64,000 nt of DNA from Minisyncoccota bacterium (GTDB taxonomy: Bacteria; Patescibacteriota; Minisyncoccia; Phycocordibacterales; UBA9973). Made by a program: the position numbers and the translations under genes. The notes below the pieces were generated by a model. That model was not told where the DNA came from. It did not search any database and worked only from the letters and a program-made list of their open reading frames with translations. This document shows, piece by piece, positions 9,386-17,187 of this stretch. Every line of letters begins with the position of its first letter. Position 1 is the stretch's first letter. The stretch covers positions 27,097 to 91,096 of the forward strand of contig JBAYKD010000001.1 of NCBI GenBank assembly GCA_041664745.1. The letters run 5' to 3'.

Positions 9386-9973
9386 TTATTGATTATAATT
9401 CCCTGGTAAATAAGATACTGTACTAAAAGGTATAAGTCTCAAAAATGCTTTGCCGATCATTAATTTTTGCGGCAAGACCCCCCATGTTCTAGAGTCAGAA
9501 CTTCTATTCCTGTTGTCTCCCATAACGAAATACTCATTATCTTTTGTTGTATATTCTCCGCCTGTAAATTCTTTCTCATTAATGTAAGGTTCTACCATTT
9601 TAAATCCATCTGGATGGTCTTTATTTGTTATTGTGATTTCTCCATTTATAATAGTTATCTTTTCATTTGGTAATCCAATAATTCTTTTTATGAAAAATCT
9701 TTTTGTATCTCCGGGGTAGCGGAAGATGACGACATCTCCTCGATGGGCACTTCCTAATATATAAGATATCTCGTCAACAATTAAATATTGTCCATTATCA
9801 AACGTAGGGTACATAGATTCGCCAGAGACTACGAATGGTTGTGCTATCCACATGCGTATGGGTATTACGACTGCGAGAGCAATAATTGCGAACTTAAGCA
9901 AATCCCAACCATCTTCTAAAAACTTTTTAAATTTTGATTTTTCAGGAACGTTCATATTTGTATTATTTTCCAT
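9386..9973 (-). CDS. lepB: signal peptidase I
   Basis: 195 aa. SGESMYPTF, KRIIGLP, GDNRNRSSDSR. Confidence 0.93.
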   Translation of the reverse strand: MENNTNMNVPEKSKFKKFLEDGWDLLKFAIIALAVVIPIRMWIAQPFVVSGESMYPTFDNGQYLIVDEISYILGSAHRGDVVIFRYPGDTKRFFIKRIIGLPNEKITIINGEITITNKDHPDGFKMVEPYINEKEFTGGEYTTKDNEYFVMGDNRNRSSDSRTWGVLPQKLMIGKAFLRLIPFSTVSYLPGNYNQ

Positions 9974-9982
9974 ATAGGGCTC

Positions 9983-9991
9983 ATTTTATCA
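9983..9991 (-). promoter_or_regulatory. extended -10 box TGaTAAAAT, 9 nt before the lepB ATG (lepB-hisS-def-fmt operon)
   Basis: Read on the minus strand. Confidence 0.5.
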
Positions 9992-10056
9992 CACAAATAG
10001 TATTGACAGAATATGTATTTATGTGGTGTATTGTATTTTTCTTTATTTCATAATTC

Positions 10057-10065
10057 TGATACTAT
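10057..10065 (+). promoter_or_regulatory. extended -10 box TGaTACTAT, 6 nt before the pth ATG
   Basis: Sequence motif. Confidence 0.5.
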
Positions 10066-10071
10066 AGAAGA

Positions 10072-10695
10072 ATGATATTAATTGTTGGTTTAGGGAACCC
10101 GGGCGAAGAATACAAACAAACTCGTCATAATACAGGGCGAATAATTTTAGAGAATATTGCTAATAGTAATGATTTTTCAGATTGGAAGGACAATATGAAA
10201 TTAAAATCTCTTTGTTCGAAAGGGGAAATTGGAAAACCTGCCCGCCCTCACGGATCTTCGGGAGCAGGCGGGGAAAAATTTGATTTTATGTTACCTGAAA
10301 CTTTTATGAATAATTCAGGGAATGCAGTTTGTCAAATTATTGATGATAAAAAGAAATTAAAGAATCTGGTGGTTGTTTATGATGATATAGATTTACCATT
10401 AGGAAGTCTTAAAATATCTTTCAATCGAAGCTCAGGAGGTCACAACGGACTTGAATCTGTAATAAAGAAGGTGAAGTCTCGTGAATTTGTCCGTATACGT
10501 ATCGGAGTGTCTCCTGCAACGCCAAGTGGTAAATTAAGAAAACCAAAAGGAGAGGAGGCAGTTCTTAAATTCTTATTAGGTAAGTATAAAGAAGATGAAC
10601 TAAAAGAAATAAAAAAGATTTCCAAAAAAGTTGGAGAGATTATTGAGATGGTAGCATCTGAAGGAAAAGATAAGGCGATGAGTCTATATAATTAA
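10072..10695 (+). CDS. pth: peptidyl-tRNA hydrolase carrying a short GC-rich in-frame insert
   Basis: 207 aa. LIVGLGNPGEEYKQTRHNTG, FMNNSGNAV, GGHNGLES. Confidence 0.93.
   Translation: MILIVGLGNPGEEYKQTRHNTGRIILENIANSNDFSDWKDNMKLKSLCSKGEIGKPARPHGSSGAGGEKFDFMLPETFMNNSGNAVCQIIDDKKKLKNLVVVYDDIDLPLGSLKISFNRSSGGHNGLESVIKKVKSREFVRIRIGVSPATPSGKLRKPKGEEAVLKFLLGKYKEDELKEIKKISKKVGEIIEMVASEGKDKAMSLYN
10241..10272. repeat. GC-rich imperfect hairpin inside pth (CCCGCC CTC..GAG GGCGGG)
   Basis: Outer 6-bp stem CCCGCC/GGCGGG plus inner CTC/GAG and CG/CG pairs. Encodes ..KPARPHGSSGAGG.. Confidence 0.6.
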
Positions 10696-10699
10696 ATAC

Positions 10700-10740
10700 A
10701 AAACAAAATCACCTGGTAATTCTCCAGGTGATTTTGTTTT
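10700..10740. terminator. bidirectional terminator between convergent pth and the S1 gene
   Basis: 17-nt arms AAAACAAAATCACCTGG / CCAGGTGATTTTGTTTT. Confidence 0.8.
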
Positions 10741-10749
10741 GTATATTTA

Positions 10750-11886
10750 TTATTCTACTTCCTTTTTTGCTACATCATCCAAGTGAACTAAGGTCATCCT
10801 TTGATCTTTTGACTCAAATAGTGTGATTTGGAAATTGTAAGTTTTACCAAGTTCCAAAGTTTTCTTTAGCTTCTCTTCAGAACCGAAGCTTGAATTGTGA
10901 ACGAGTCCAGCAACTCCTTGTTTGATAGAAACGAGAGCACCATGTTTGTTGAACTTGATGACAACTCCTGAGACTATATCTCCCTTTTTAAGTTTATTTT
11001 CAAATTCTTTCCATGGGTTTTCTTTAAGAGCTTTTATCGATAAGGAAATCTTACCATCTTTAATATCAATAATTTTAGCCTTAATTTTGTCTCCAATCTT
11101 AAACATAGTCCTTGGATCTTCTACTAGACCCCAATCAATTTCAGATATGTGGACAAGTCCTTCAAGACCTTCTTCAACTTTAAGGAATATACCAAAGTCT
11201 ACGATTCCAGCGACAGTACATTCTATCTCATCGCCAACACCATACTTACCGATAATCTCTTTGCGTTCTTCTGGATTATTGTCTTTCTCAGAGAAGATAA
11301 GCTTGCCTTCTTTTGGAAGAGCAGAGATCATCACTACGTTGATACGCTTACCAACAAGCATTTTCAAAGCTTTCAAAATTTTATCCTTATCTGAATCCTC
11401 TACGCGAGGATAGTGCTCACTCTTAAGTTGACTTGCAGGAAGGAATCCAGCAATACCTTGCCAGTCGAGTATAAGTCCACCTTTGTTTGCTTCTTTAACA
11501 ACAAGTTCAAGAGGCATTTTAGATTTAATAGCTTTGTCAGCTTCACTCCAAATGAGTGCCTGCTTAGCTTCTTTCAAAGACAATTCAATATAACCTTCAT
11601 CGTTATCTGTACCGGTTACTTTTGCTTTTACGAAGTCGCCGATATTTATCTTTTTGATTATATCTTTGGCATTTATAAATTCACGTCCATATATGATACC
11701 TGTTCCAAATGGAGCGAGGTCAATATAAACTGAAGATTTCTGTATAGAAATAACAGGACCTTCTACGAGGGCATCCACTTGTGGTGGAAGATCTGCTTTA
11801 TCAAGCATTTTACCAATACTTGAAAGTTCAATTTTTGCATGTTCTGCGATGCTTGCAACTACATCATTTTCATCTTTCTTTGTCAT
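10750..11886 (-). CDS. rpsA: 30S ribosomal protein S1-like (four S1/OB repeats)
   Basis: 378 aa with repeated G..V.G.V......G.F(V/I)....GL.H.SE type modules. Confidence 0.85.
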   Translation of the reverse strand: MTKKDENDVVASIAEHAKIELSSIGKMLDKADLPPQVDALVEGPVISIQKSSVYIDLAPFGTGIIYGREFINAKDIIKKINIGDFVKAKVTGTDNDEGYIELSLKEAKQALIWSEADKAIKSKMPLELVVKEANKGGLILDWQGIAGFLPASQLKSEHYPRVEDSDKDKILKALKMLVGKRINVVMISALPKEGKLIFSEKDNNPEERKEIIGKYGVGDEIECTVAGIVDFGIFLKVEEGLEGLVHISEIDWGLVEDPRTMFKIGDKIKAKIIDIKDGKISLSIKALKENPWKEFENKLKKGDIVSGVVIKFNKHGALVSIKQGVAGLVHNSSFGSEEKLKKTLELGKTYNFQITLFESKDQRMTLVHLDDVAKKEVE

Positions 11887-12045
11887 AATTTCTATTGTTT
11901 TTAAAAATATAAATAAATTTATATTTTTGGAACTAAAAAAACCGCATATTGCGGCGCAGTTTGAATGTCTTTATATTGTTTGGCTTTCAAATCAAAACCA
12001 AATAAAAATAAAGGGTTAAATCCAATCTGAGCTTATAATATGATT

Positions 12046-12074
12046 ACTATACTATAAAAGGGAATATTGTGCAA
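12046..12074 (-). promoter_or_regulatory. sigma70-type promoter TTGCAC-17-TATAGT, about 150 nt upstream of the S1 gene
   Basis: Minus strand; -35 at 12074-12069, -10 at 12051-12046. Confidence 0.45.
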
Positions 12075-12081
12075 TCTCTTC

Positions 12082-12106
12082 CAGAAAGGGCCTAAGGCCC
12101 TTTCTG
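12082..12106. repeat. REP-like hairpin copy 1 (CAGAAAGGGCC TAA GGCCCTTTCTG)
   Basis: Perfect 11-bp stem with a 3-nt loop, 30 nt upstream of the transposase ORF. Confidence 0.9.
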
Positions 12107-12120
12107 TGAATTTCTATCTA

Positions 12121-12129
12121 TGATATAAT
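12121..12129 (+). promoter_or_regulatory. extended -10 box TGaTATAAT, 6 nt before the ATG at 12136
   Basis: Sequence motif. Confidence 0.55.
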
Positions 12130-12135
12130 TTAAAA

Positions 12136-12810
12136 ATGAGGAAACAACCTATTATTACAGGTGAGAACTATCATATTTATAATCGTGGTGTAGATAAACG
12201 CGATATTTTTGGTGACAAATTTGACCTAAGACGTTTTGTAGAAAGTATAAAAGAATTTAATCAAGTGGATACAATAGGAAGTTTAATTAACTTAAGAAAG
12301 ACTAAAAAGATTCAGAAAGGGCCTAAGGCCCTTTCTGAGGAGTCGCTTGTTTCAATAGTTGTATATTGTTTAAATCCAAATCATTTTCACTTTATTTTGA
12401 AGCAATCTACGGATGGTGGAATAGCTAAGTTTATGCAGAAATTGCAAAGTGGGTATACCTCATATTTTAATATTAAAAACAAACGATCCGGATCATTATT
12501 TCAAGGTACTTTTAAGGCACAGCATATAGGTAGTGAAAATTACTTCAATAAGACTCTTGGATATGTAAACAAAAATTATCAAGTTCATGATATTCCAGAA
12601 GATAAGAAAGAATTAGTATTTGCTAGTGATTATGAATACGAGAATAATAATTTTAAGATTGTTTCAAAAGTAGAAGGGAAAAGAATTTTAGAAATTTTTG
12701 GTGGAGCTGGTAGGTTTAAAAAACATTCAGATGAAATTGTGGAAATTATTAGAAAAGAAAGAGGAAAGACTTTACTTTCGGAAGATGAAAACTTACCAGA
12801 AAGGGCCTAA
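12136..12810 (+). CDS. HUH (Y1) transposase, IS200-like / REP-associated tyrosine transposase (RAYT)-like
   Basis: 224 aa. YHIYNRG start, HUH motif NHFHFIL, SLFQGTFKAQHI and GYVNKNYQVH blocks. The stop codon lies in the loop of hairpin copy 3. Confidence 0.8.
   Translation: MRKQPIITGENYHIYNRGVDKRDIFGDKFDLRRFVESIKEFNQVDTIGSLINLRKTKKIQKGPKALSEESLVSIVVYCLNPNHFHFILKQSTDGGIAKFMQKLQSGYTSYFNIKNKRSGSLFQGTFKAQHIGSENYFNKTLGYVNKNYQVHDIPEDKKELVFASDYEYENNNFKIVSKVEGKRILEIFGGAGRFKKHSDEIVEIIRKERGKTLLSEDENLPERA
12313..12337. repeat. REP-like hairpin copy 2, in frame inside the transposase ORF
   Basis: Identical 25-mer, translated as QKGPKALSE. Confidence 0.9.
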
Positions 12811-12821
12811 GGCCCTTTCTG
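12797..12821. repeat. REP-like hairpin copy 3, supplying the last 4 codons and the stop codon
   Basis: Identical 25-mer, translated in another frame as PERA*. Confidence 0.9.
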
Positions 12822-12843
12822 TATATTTTAGAAGTTAAATTTA

Positions 12844-12852
12844 TGATAGAAT
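12844..12852 (+). promoter_or_regulatory. extended -10 box TGaTAGAAT, 7 nt before the ATG at 12860
   Basis: Sequence motif. Confidence 0.5.
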
Positions 12853-12859
12853 ATACAAT

Positions 12860-13738
12860 ATGATTAATTTTGAAAAACAATTTTTTCCACAAGGAAAAGA
12901 AAGAAAAGATTTACTCAAATCTAATGCAGAAGGTATAAATAAGGCACAAGAAGAAGATAGATTGGAAATGAGGGAAAATCATAATTACGGTAATATAGAT
13001 TCACATCTTGAAAAAGAAGGTGCTAGTTTTTCTTACTTTTTCAGAAATATTTTACCAGAAGGACAAAAAGACTTACGATCTTATGTCGAATCATCATTTA
13101 AAGAAAAACAAGGTAAAGCTTTGGGTGTTGAATTTGGTGGAGTTGGTTCGAATCTTTTTCGTGGATTTAGTAAGGGGTTCTTCAAGGAAACATTTGGTAT
13201 CACATTGGCAGATCACAGGGAAAAATGGAAGACAAAAATAGATGCATACAAAAATTCAAAACATAAATTAGATCATAATGTAATTGAAGGAGATATACTT
13301 TCCGATAACTTATATGATAATTTGGAAGAAAAATTGAATGGTAGAAAAGTTGATATTATAATTGAGCGTATGTTTCTAGGGATAGAATTTATGCCAGCTG
13401 AACCATATAAACTGTCAAGCATTTTGGAGAAGTGGTATGTAATGCTTAATGAAGGTGGAATTATGTTTATTCAATCACCTGTAGTATTTAATAATCTTTT
13501 AGATAAGTGGGCAGAAATGCTTCATGATAAATATATAGATAGTATTGAATTTCAATATGAGAAAGGAATACATGATGCTGCTGTTGAGAATGAAGGATAT
13601 TCGTCTTTTCGTTTACGCAAATTAAAGGGAGCACCTAAAGATTTACCTTTTTTAGATTCAAAAACAGTAGCAAGAACAGAAAAATGGATTTCTTCAGAAA
13701 AAGAGAAAAGTAAAAATTTTGATTGGTATTTAAAGTAA
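12860..13738 (+). CDS. hypothetical protein, possibly a divergent Rossmann/methyltransferase-like fold
   Basis: 292-aa ORF. Weak motif-I-like LGVEFGGVGSN and a later LNEGGIMFIQSP segment. No confident family recognised. Confidence 0.6.
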   Translation: MINFEKQFFPQGKERKDLLKSNAEGINKAQEEDRLEMRENHNYGNIDSHLEKEGASFSYFFRNILPEGQKDLRSYVESSFKEKQGKALGVEFGGVGSNLFRGFSKGFFKETFGITLADHREKWKTKIDAYKNSKHKLDHNVIEGDILSDNLYDNLEEKLNGRKVDIIIERMFLGIEFMPAEPYKLSSILEKWYVMLNEGGIMFIQSPVVFNNLLDKWAEMLHDKYIDSIEFQYEKGIHDAAVENEGYSSFRLRKLKGAPKDLPFLDSKTVARTEKWISSEKEKSKNFDWYLK

Positions 13739-13757
13739 TCATTCTTTGTCATATATC

Positions 13758-13783
13758 AAGCCTTTTATTTTAAGGCTTTTTTT
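13758..13783 (+). terminator. rho-independent terminator
   Basis: AAGCCTT..AAGGCTT stem followed by a T run. Confidence 0.65.
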
Positions 13784-13791
13784 GCTAGTAT
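13783..13791 (+). promoter_or_regulatory. extended -10 box TGcTAGTAT, 6 nt before the lepA ATG
   Basis: Sequence motif. Confidence 0.5.
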
Positions 13792-13797
13792 AGGGAT

Positions 13798-15627
13798 ATG
13801 GATATTAAATATATCAGGAATTTTTCAATTATTGCCCATATTGATCACGGCAAGAGTACTTTGGCTGACCGAATGCTTGAAGTCACGGGCACAATCGAGA
13901 AACGTAAAATGAAAGACCAAGTTCTTGATTCAATGGAGCTTGAAAGAGAGCGTGGCATCACTATTAAAATGCAGCCTGTCAGAATGGAGTACACACTAGA
14001 TAATCAAAAATATATTTTGAATCTTATTGATACACCTGGCCATATTGACTTCTCTTATGAAGTATCACGTGCGTTGAAGGCTGTGGAAGGCTCAATCTTA
14101 CTCATTGATGCTACTCAAGGCGTTCAAGCTCAGACTTTGACAACTCTACAAATGGCTCGTGACTCGGGGTTGGTTATAATTCCTGTTTTATCGAAAGTTG
14201 ATTCTCCACTCGCAATGGTGGATGAAGTGAAAATGGAAGTAGCTCTTCTTCTAGATATTGATCCGGATTCTATTCTGCTTGTTTCTGGGAAAACGGGTGA
14301 GGGTGTTGTAACTCTTTTAGAAGAAGTTATTAAGAGGATTCAACCACCTGCCCATTCAAATTTTGATGTTGCGAAAACAGATGGAGCTCAAGCTCTCGTA
14401 TTTGACTTTAAATATGATAATCATAGAGGAGTCATTGTTTACGTACGTGTTGTAGAAGGAGAATTTAGAAAGGGTGAGTCATTATTATTTGCTGTGTCAG
14501 AAGAGAAATTTATTTGTCTCGAAGTTGGAACTTTTTCTCCGGAAGAAGAACCAAAGAGTCAAATAGGTACAGGGGAGATAGGTTACATAGTGACAGGTAT
14601 TAAAAAGCCAGGAATTGCATCCGTTGGAGATACTATTACATACTTAAAGAAACCCGCAGCGGCCTTACCAGGATACATGAACCCAAATCCAGTTGTATGG
14701 GCTTCCGTTTATCCTGAGAGTCAAGATGATTTTCCAAATCTAAAACAAGCCTTAGGGCGCTTACGTTTATCTGATTCATCATTTTCTTATGAAGAAGAAT
14801 CTTCTGGTTCTTTGGGTAGAGGATTTCGTTGTGGATTTTTAGGAATGCTTCATCTTGAAATTATTGCCGAGAGATTGAATAGAGAATTTGACCTAGAGCT
14901 TATTGTGACTATGCCATCTATTACATATAAAGTAACTGTTCGAAATGGAAAAGAAGAAACTATATACTCTCCGCATTTATTTCCAGATGATGGAAACGTT
15001 CTTAAGGTTCTCGAGCCTTGGGTAAACGTAAAAATTATTACCCCTTCAATTTATACAAGCTCCCTCATGCCTTTTTTATATGATCATGAAGGAATTATTA
15101 AATCGACAGATAATTTCGGAGATAACAGATCTACTATTGATTTAGAGATGCCACTCCGTGAACTCATGAGAAACTTTTTTGATGACATGAAAAGTATTAC
15201 TTCTGGCTACGCCTCGATATCTTATGAGATAGGTGATTATAAGCCTGCTGACGTAGTCCGTATGGATATCATAGTGGCAAATGAAGTTATGCCAGCTTTC
15301 TCTCGTGTGGTGTCACGTAGACGTGTTGAAGATGAAGCAAAATCTCAAGTGGAGAAACTCCATAAAATTATTCCTAGACAGCAATTTGCTTTCAAAATTC
15401 AAGCCAAAGCCTTGGGGCGTATTATATCGTCGGAAGGAGTTTCCGCTTTCCGTAAGGACGTCTTAATGCATGGTAGTAAGGTTGTAGGAGGTGGAGACGT
15501 AAGTCGTAAGAAGAAGTTATTGGAAAAACAAAAGAGAGGCAAGAAGAGAATGCAGTCAAACGCAAAAATAAACATCTCTCATGATGTTTTCCTTAAGATG
15601 ATGCGAAGTAGTAATGATAAGGGTTAA
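13798..15627 (+). CDS. lepA: translation elongation factor 4 (LepA)
   Basis: 609 aa. IRNFSIIAHIDHGKSTLADR, DTPGHIDF, and the LepA-specific C-terminal region. Confidence 0.96.
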   Translation: MDIKYIRNFSIIAHIDHGKSTLADRMLEVTGTIEKRKMKDQVLDSMELERERGITIKMQPVRMEYTLDNQKYILNLIDTPGHIDFSYEVSRALKAVEGSILLIDATQGVQAQTLTTLQMARDSGLVIIPVLSKVDSPLAMVDEVKMEVALLLDIDPDSILLVSGKTGEGVVTLLEEVIKRIQPPAHSNFDVAKTDGAQALVFDFKYDNHRGVIVYVRVVEGEFRKGESLLFAVSEEKFICLEVGTFSPEEEPKSQIGTGEIGYIVTGIKKPGIASVGDTITYLKKPAAALPGYMNPNPVVWASVYPESQDDFPNLKQALGRLRLSDSSFSYEEESSGSLGRGFRCGFLGMLHLEIIAERLNREFDLELIVTMPSITYKVTVRNGKEETIYSPHLFPDDGNVLKVLEPWVNVKIITPSIYTSSLMPFLYDHEGIIKSTDNFGDNRSTIDLEMPLRELMRNFFDDMKSITSGYASISYEIGDYKPADVVRMDIIVANEVMPAFSRVVSRRRVEDEAKSQVEKLHKIIPRQQFAFKIQAKALGRIISSEGVSAFRKDVLMHGSKVVGGGDVSRKKKLLEKQKRGKKRMQSNAKINISHDVFLKMMRSSNDKG

Positions 15628-15764
15628 TATCCTTACTGAAATAAAACAGGCATATAAAGTAGTATCATACTGACTATCACCAATATTGAAATTACTGCAA
15701 AAATCTTCTCTATTCTTTTTTTATTTTTTTGACCGAAAAACATGATACAATAATAGCATTAAAT

Positions 15765-16148
15765 ATGTCTGAATTCAATAGGAAAAATAAATACAATTTT
15801 TGGCACTCACCTTTGATGTTGATACTACTTTTTTGTATTTTAGTTTTATTCATATATAATATTATCGGTTTAATGGAAAAAGAAAGAGAAACAGCAAGGA
15901 AAAAGGATATAATTTTAGCTAATATTGAAACTCTTCGTAATAGGGAAAGCATATTGACTACAGATATAAATAAATTGAAAACTGAAGATGGAATAGAAGA
16001 AACCATCCGAGATAAATATCAAGTAGTAAAAGAAGGGGAGAAAATGGTTACAATTGTTGATGAAGAGAAAAAGGGTAATGTAGAAATAGAGGCACCTGTC
16101 GAGGATTCAAGTTTTTTGGGTTGGATAAAAAGGTTGTTTAAAATTTAA
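15765..16148 (+). CDS. septum formation initiator family protein (FtsB/DivIC-like)
   Basis: Single TM followed by a coiled coil, and IEETIRDKYQVVKEGEKMV. The ATG at 15765 is preferred over the track start at 15729. Confidence 0.7.
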   Translation: MSEFNRKNKYNFWHSPLMLILLFCILVLFIYNIIGLMEKERETARKKDIILANIETLRNRESILTTDINKLKTEDGIEETIRDKYQVVKEGEKMVTIVDEEKKGNVEIEAPVEDSSFLGWIKRLFKI

Positions 16149-16151
16149 AAT

Positions 16152-16222
16152 GCGGGGTTAGTATAATGGTAATATGCGACCTTCCCAAGGTTGAGACACG
16201 AGTCCGATTCTCGTACTCCGCA
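16152..16222 (+). tRNA. tRNA-Gly (anticodon CCC)
   Basis: Hand-folded 71-nt cloverleaf: acceptor GCGGGGT/ACTCCGC, anticodon arm CGACC-TTCCCAA-GGTTG, T arm ACGAG-TCCGATT-CTCGT. No encoded CCA. Confidence 0.88.
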
Positions 16223-16343
16223 CATTGACTTAAAAGTCTTTTTATTGACTTATGTGTATTACGTGTCAATATTGTAAATTTGACGACTATGATATAATAG
16301 AGTGAGGAAAGGAATTATTAATTAATAATAAAGAATTACAATT

Positions 16344-16586
16344 ATGAAAAAAGTTACAATATATAGCACACCAACATGTCACTTCTGTCACATGGCTAAG
16401 GATTACTTTAATGAGAAAGGAGTAGTTTTTGAGGATTTTGATGTGTCAAAAGATTTAGACAAAAGAAAAGAGATGCTTGAGAAAAGTGGTCAGATGGGAG
16501 TACCAGTTATTATCATAGATAATAAAGATATTATTGTTGGTTTCAATAAACCTCAAATAATAGAACTCCTCGGTATTACAGAGTAG
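16344..16586 (+). CDS. glutaredoxin-like protein (NrdH/Grx family)
   Basis: 80 aa. Active site CHFC near the N-terminus; GVPVIIIDNKDIIVGF. Confidence 0.88.
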   Translation: MKKVTIYSTPTCHFCHMAKDYFNEKGVVFEDFDVSKDLDKRKEMLEKSGQMGVPVIIIDNKDIIVGFNKPQIIELLGITE

Positions 16587-16612
16587 TAATTTATATAAGA
16601 ATGTCGTATTAT

Positions 16613-16642
16613 AAAGGCACCAGAAATGGTGTCTTTATTTTT
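16613..16642 (+). terminator. rho-independent terminator
   Basis: 9-bp stem AAAGGCACC/GGTGTCTTT followed by a T run, ending at the tRNA-Arg 5' end. Confidence 0.7.
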
Positions 16643-16714
16643 GCCCCCGTAGTTCAATGGATAGAACAGTCCCGTCCTAAGGGATAGATGCACGTTCGAT
16701 TCGTACCGGGGGCA
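16643..16714 (+). tRNA. tRNA-Arg (anticodon CCU)
   Basis: 72-nt cloverleaf: acceptor GCCCCCG/CGGGGGC, anticodon loop GTCCTAA, T loop TTCGATT. One C-A mismatch in the T stem. Confidence 0.85.
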
Positions 16715-16735
16715 CTTCTGTTTTTATGAATTATA

Positions 16736-16744
16736 TGATAATAT
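16736..16744 (+). promoter_or_regulatory. extended -10 box TGaTAATAT, 7 nt before the ATG at 16752
   Basis: Sequence motif. Confidence 0.45.
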
Positions 16745-16751
16745 CCGTTAT

Positions 16752-16991
16752 ATGGAGCAAGAAGAAAGATCTTTATTAGAAGAAAATTTAAGGGTATCTA
16801 GAGAGAACAACAGACTCCTTATTAAAGTTCGTAGTGTTCAACGTTGGGCTCAGATTACACGTGTTATTTATTGGTTTCTTATTATAGGGGTTTCAATAGG
16901 AGCTTTCTATTTTATAGAACCATTCTTGTCTAGTTTAGGTGATGTTTATGGAGTAGATACTTCTAATTTTGATAGTTTCTTGAAAAATTAA
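16752..16991 (+). CDS. hypothetical small membrane protein
   Basis: 79-aa ORF with one TM helix (VIYWFLIIGVSIGAFYFI). Confidence 0.55.
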   Translation: MEQEERSLLEENLRVSRENNRLLIKVRSVQRWAQITRVIYWFLIIGVSIGAFYFIEPFLSSLGDVYGVDTSNFDSFLKN

Positions 16992-17076
16992 AAAATAATA
17001 ATATGCCGAGATATGCTGTCTTGGTGGAAAAGCACCAAGATAAAATAATTAAAGTTTGAAAGTTAAATAGTATTAT

Positions 17077-17149
17077 GCCGAGATAGCTCAGTTGGTAGAG
17101 CGCTCCCCTGAAGAGGGAGATGTCCCCAGTTCAAATCTGGGTCTCGGCA
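17077..17149 (+). tRNA. tRNA-Phe (anticodon GAA)
   Basis: Perfect 73-nt cloverleaf: GCCGAGA/TCTCGGC, D arm GCTC-AGTTGGTA-GAGC, anticodon loop CTGAAGA, T arm CCCAG-TTCAAAT-CTGGG. Confidence 0.95.
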
Positions 17150-17157
17150 CATAAATC

Positions 17158-17185
17158 AAAAAATCCCCCATATGGGGGATTTTTT
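17158..17185. terminator. bidirectional terminator (AAAAAATCCCCCATATGGGGGATTTTTT)
   Basis: Perfect 28-nt palindrome between tRNA-Phe (+) and the hsp20 gene (-). Confidence 0.8.
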
Positions 17186-17187
17186 GA

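Larger units (their letters stand above)
12082..12821 (+). mobile_element. REP/RAYT-like unit: HUH transposase gene bounded by identical hairpins
   Basis: Three identical 25-mers (12082, 12313, 12797) plus a Y1/HUH transposase ORF. Confidence 0.6.

Noticed and set aside
16243-16255. The 13-mer TATTGACTTATGT is shared between 16243-16255 and 35187-35199.
   Set aside because: It is centred on a TTGACT -35 hexamer in AT-rich context, with no extended similarity on either side. It is most simply two promoters resembling the consensus rather than a dispersed element.
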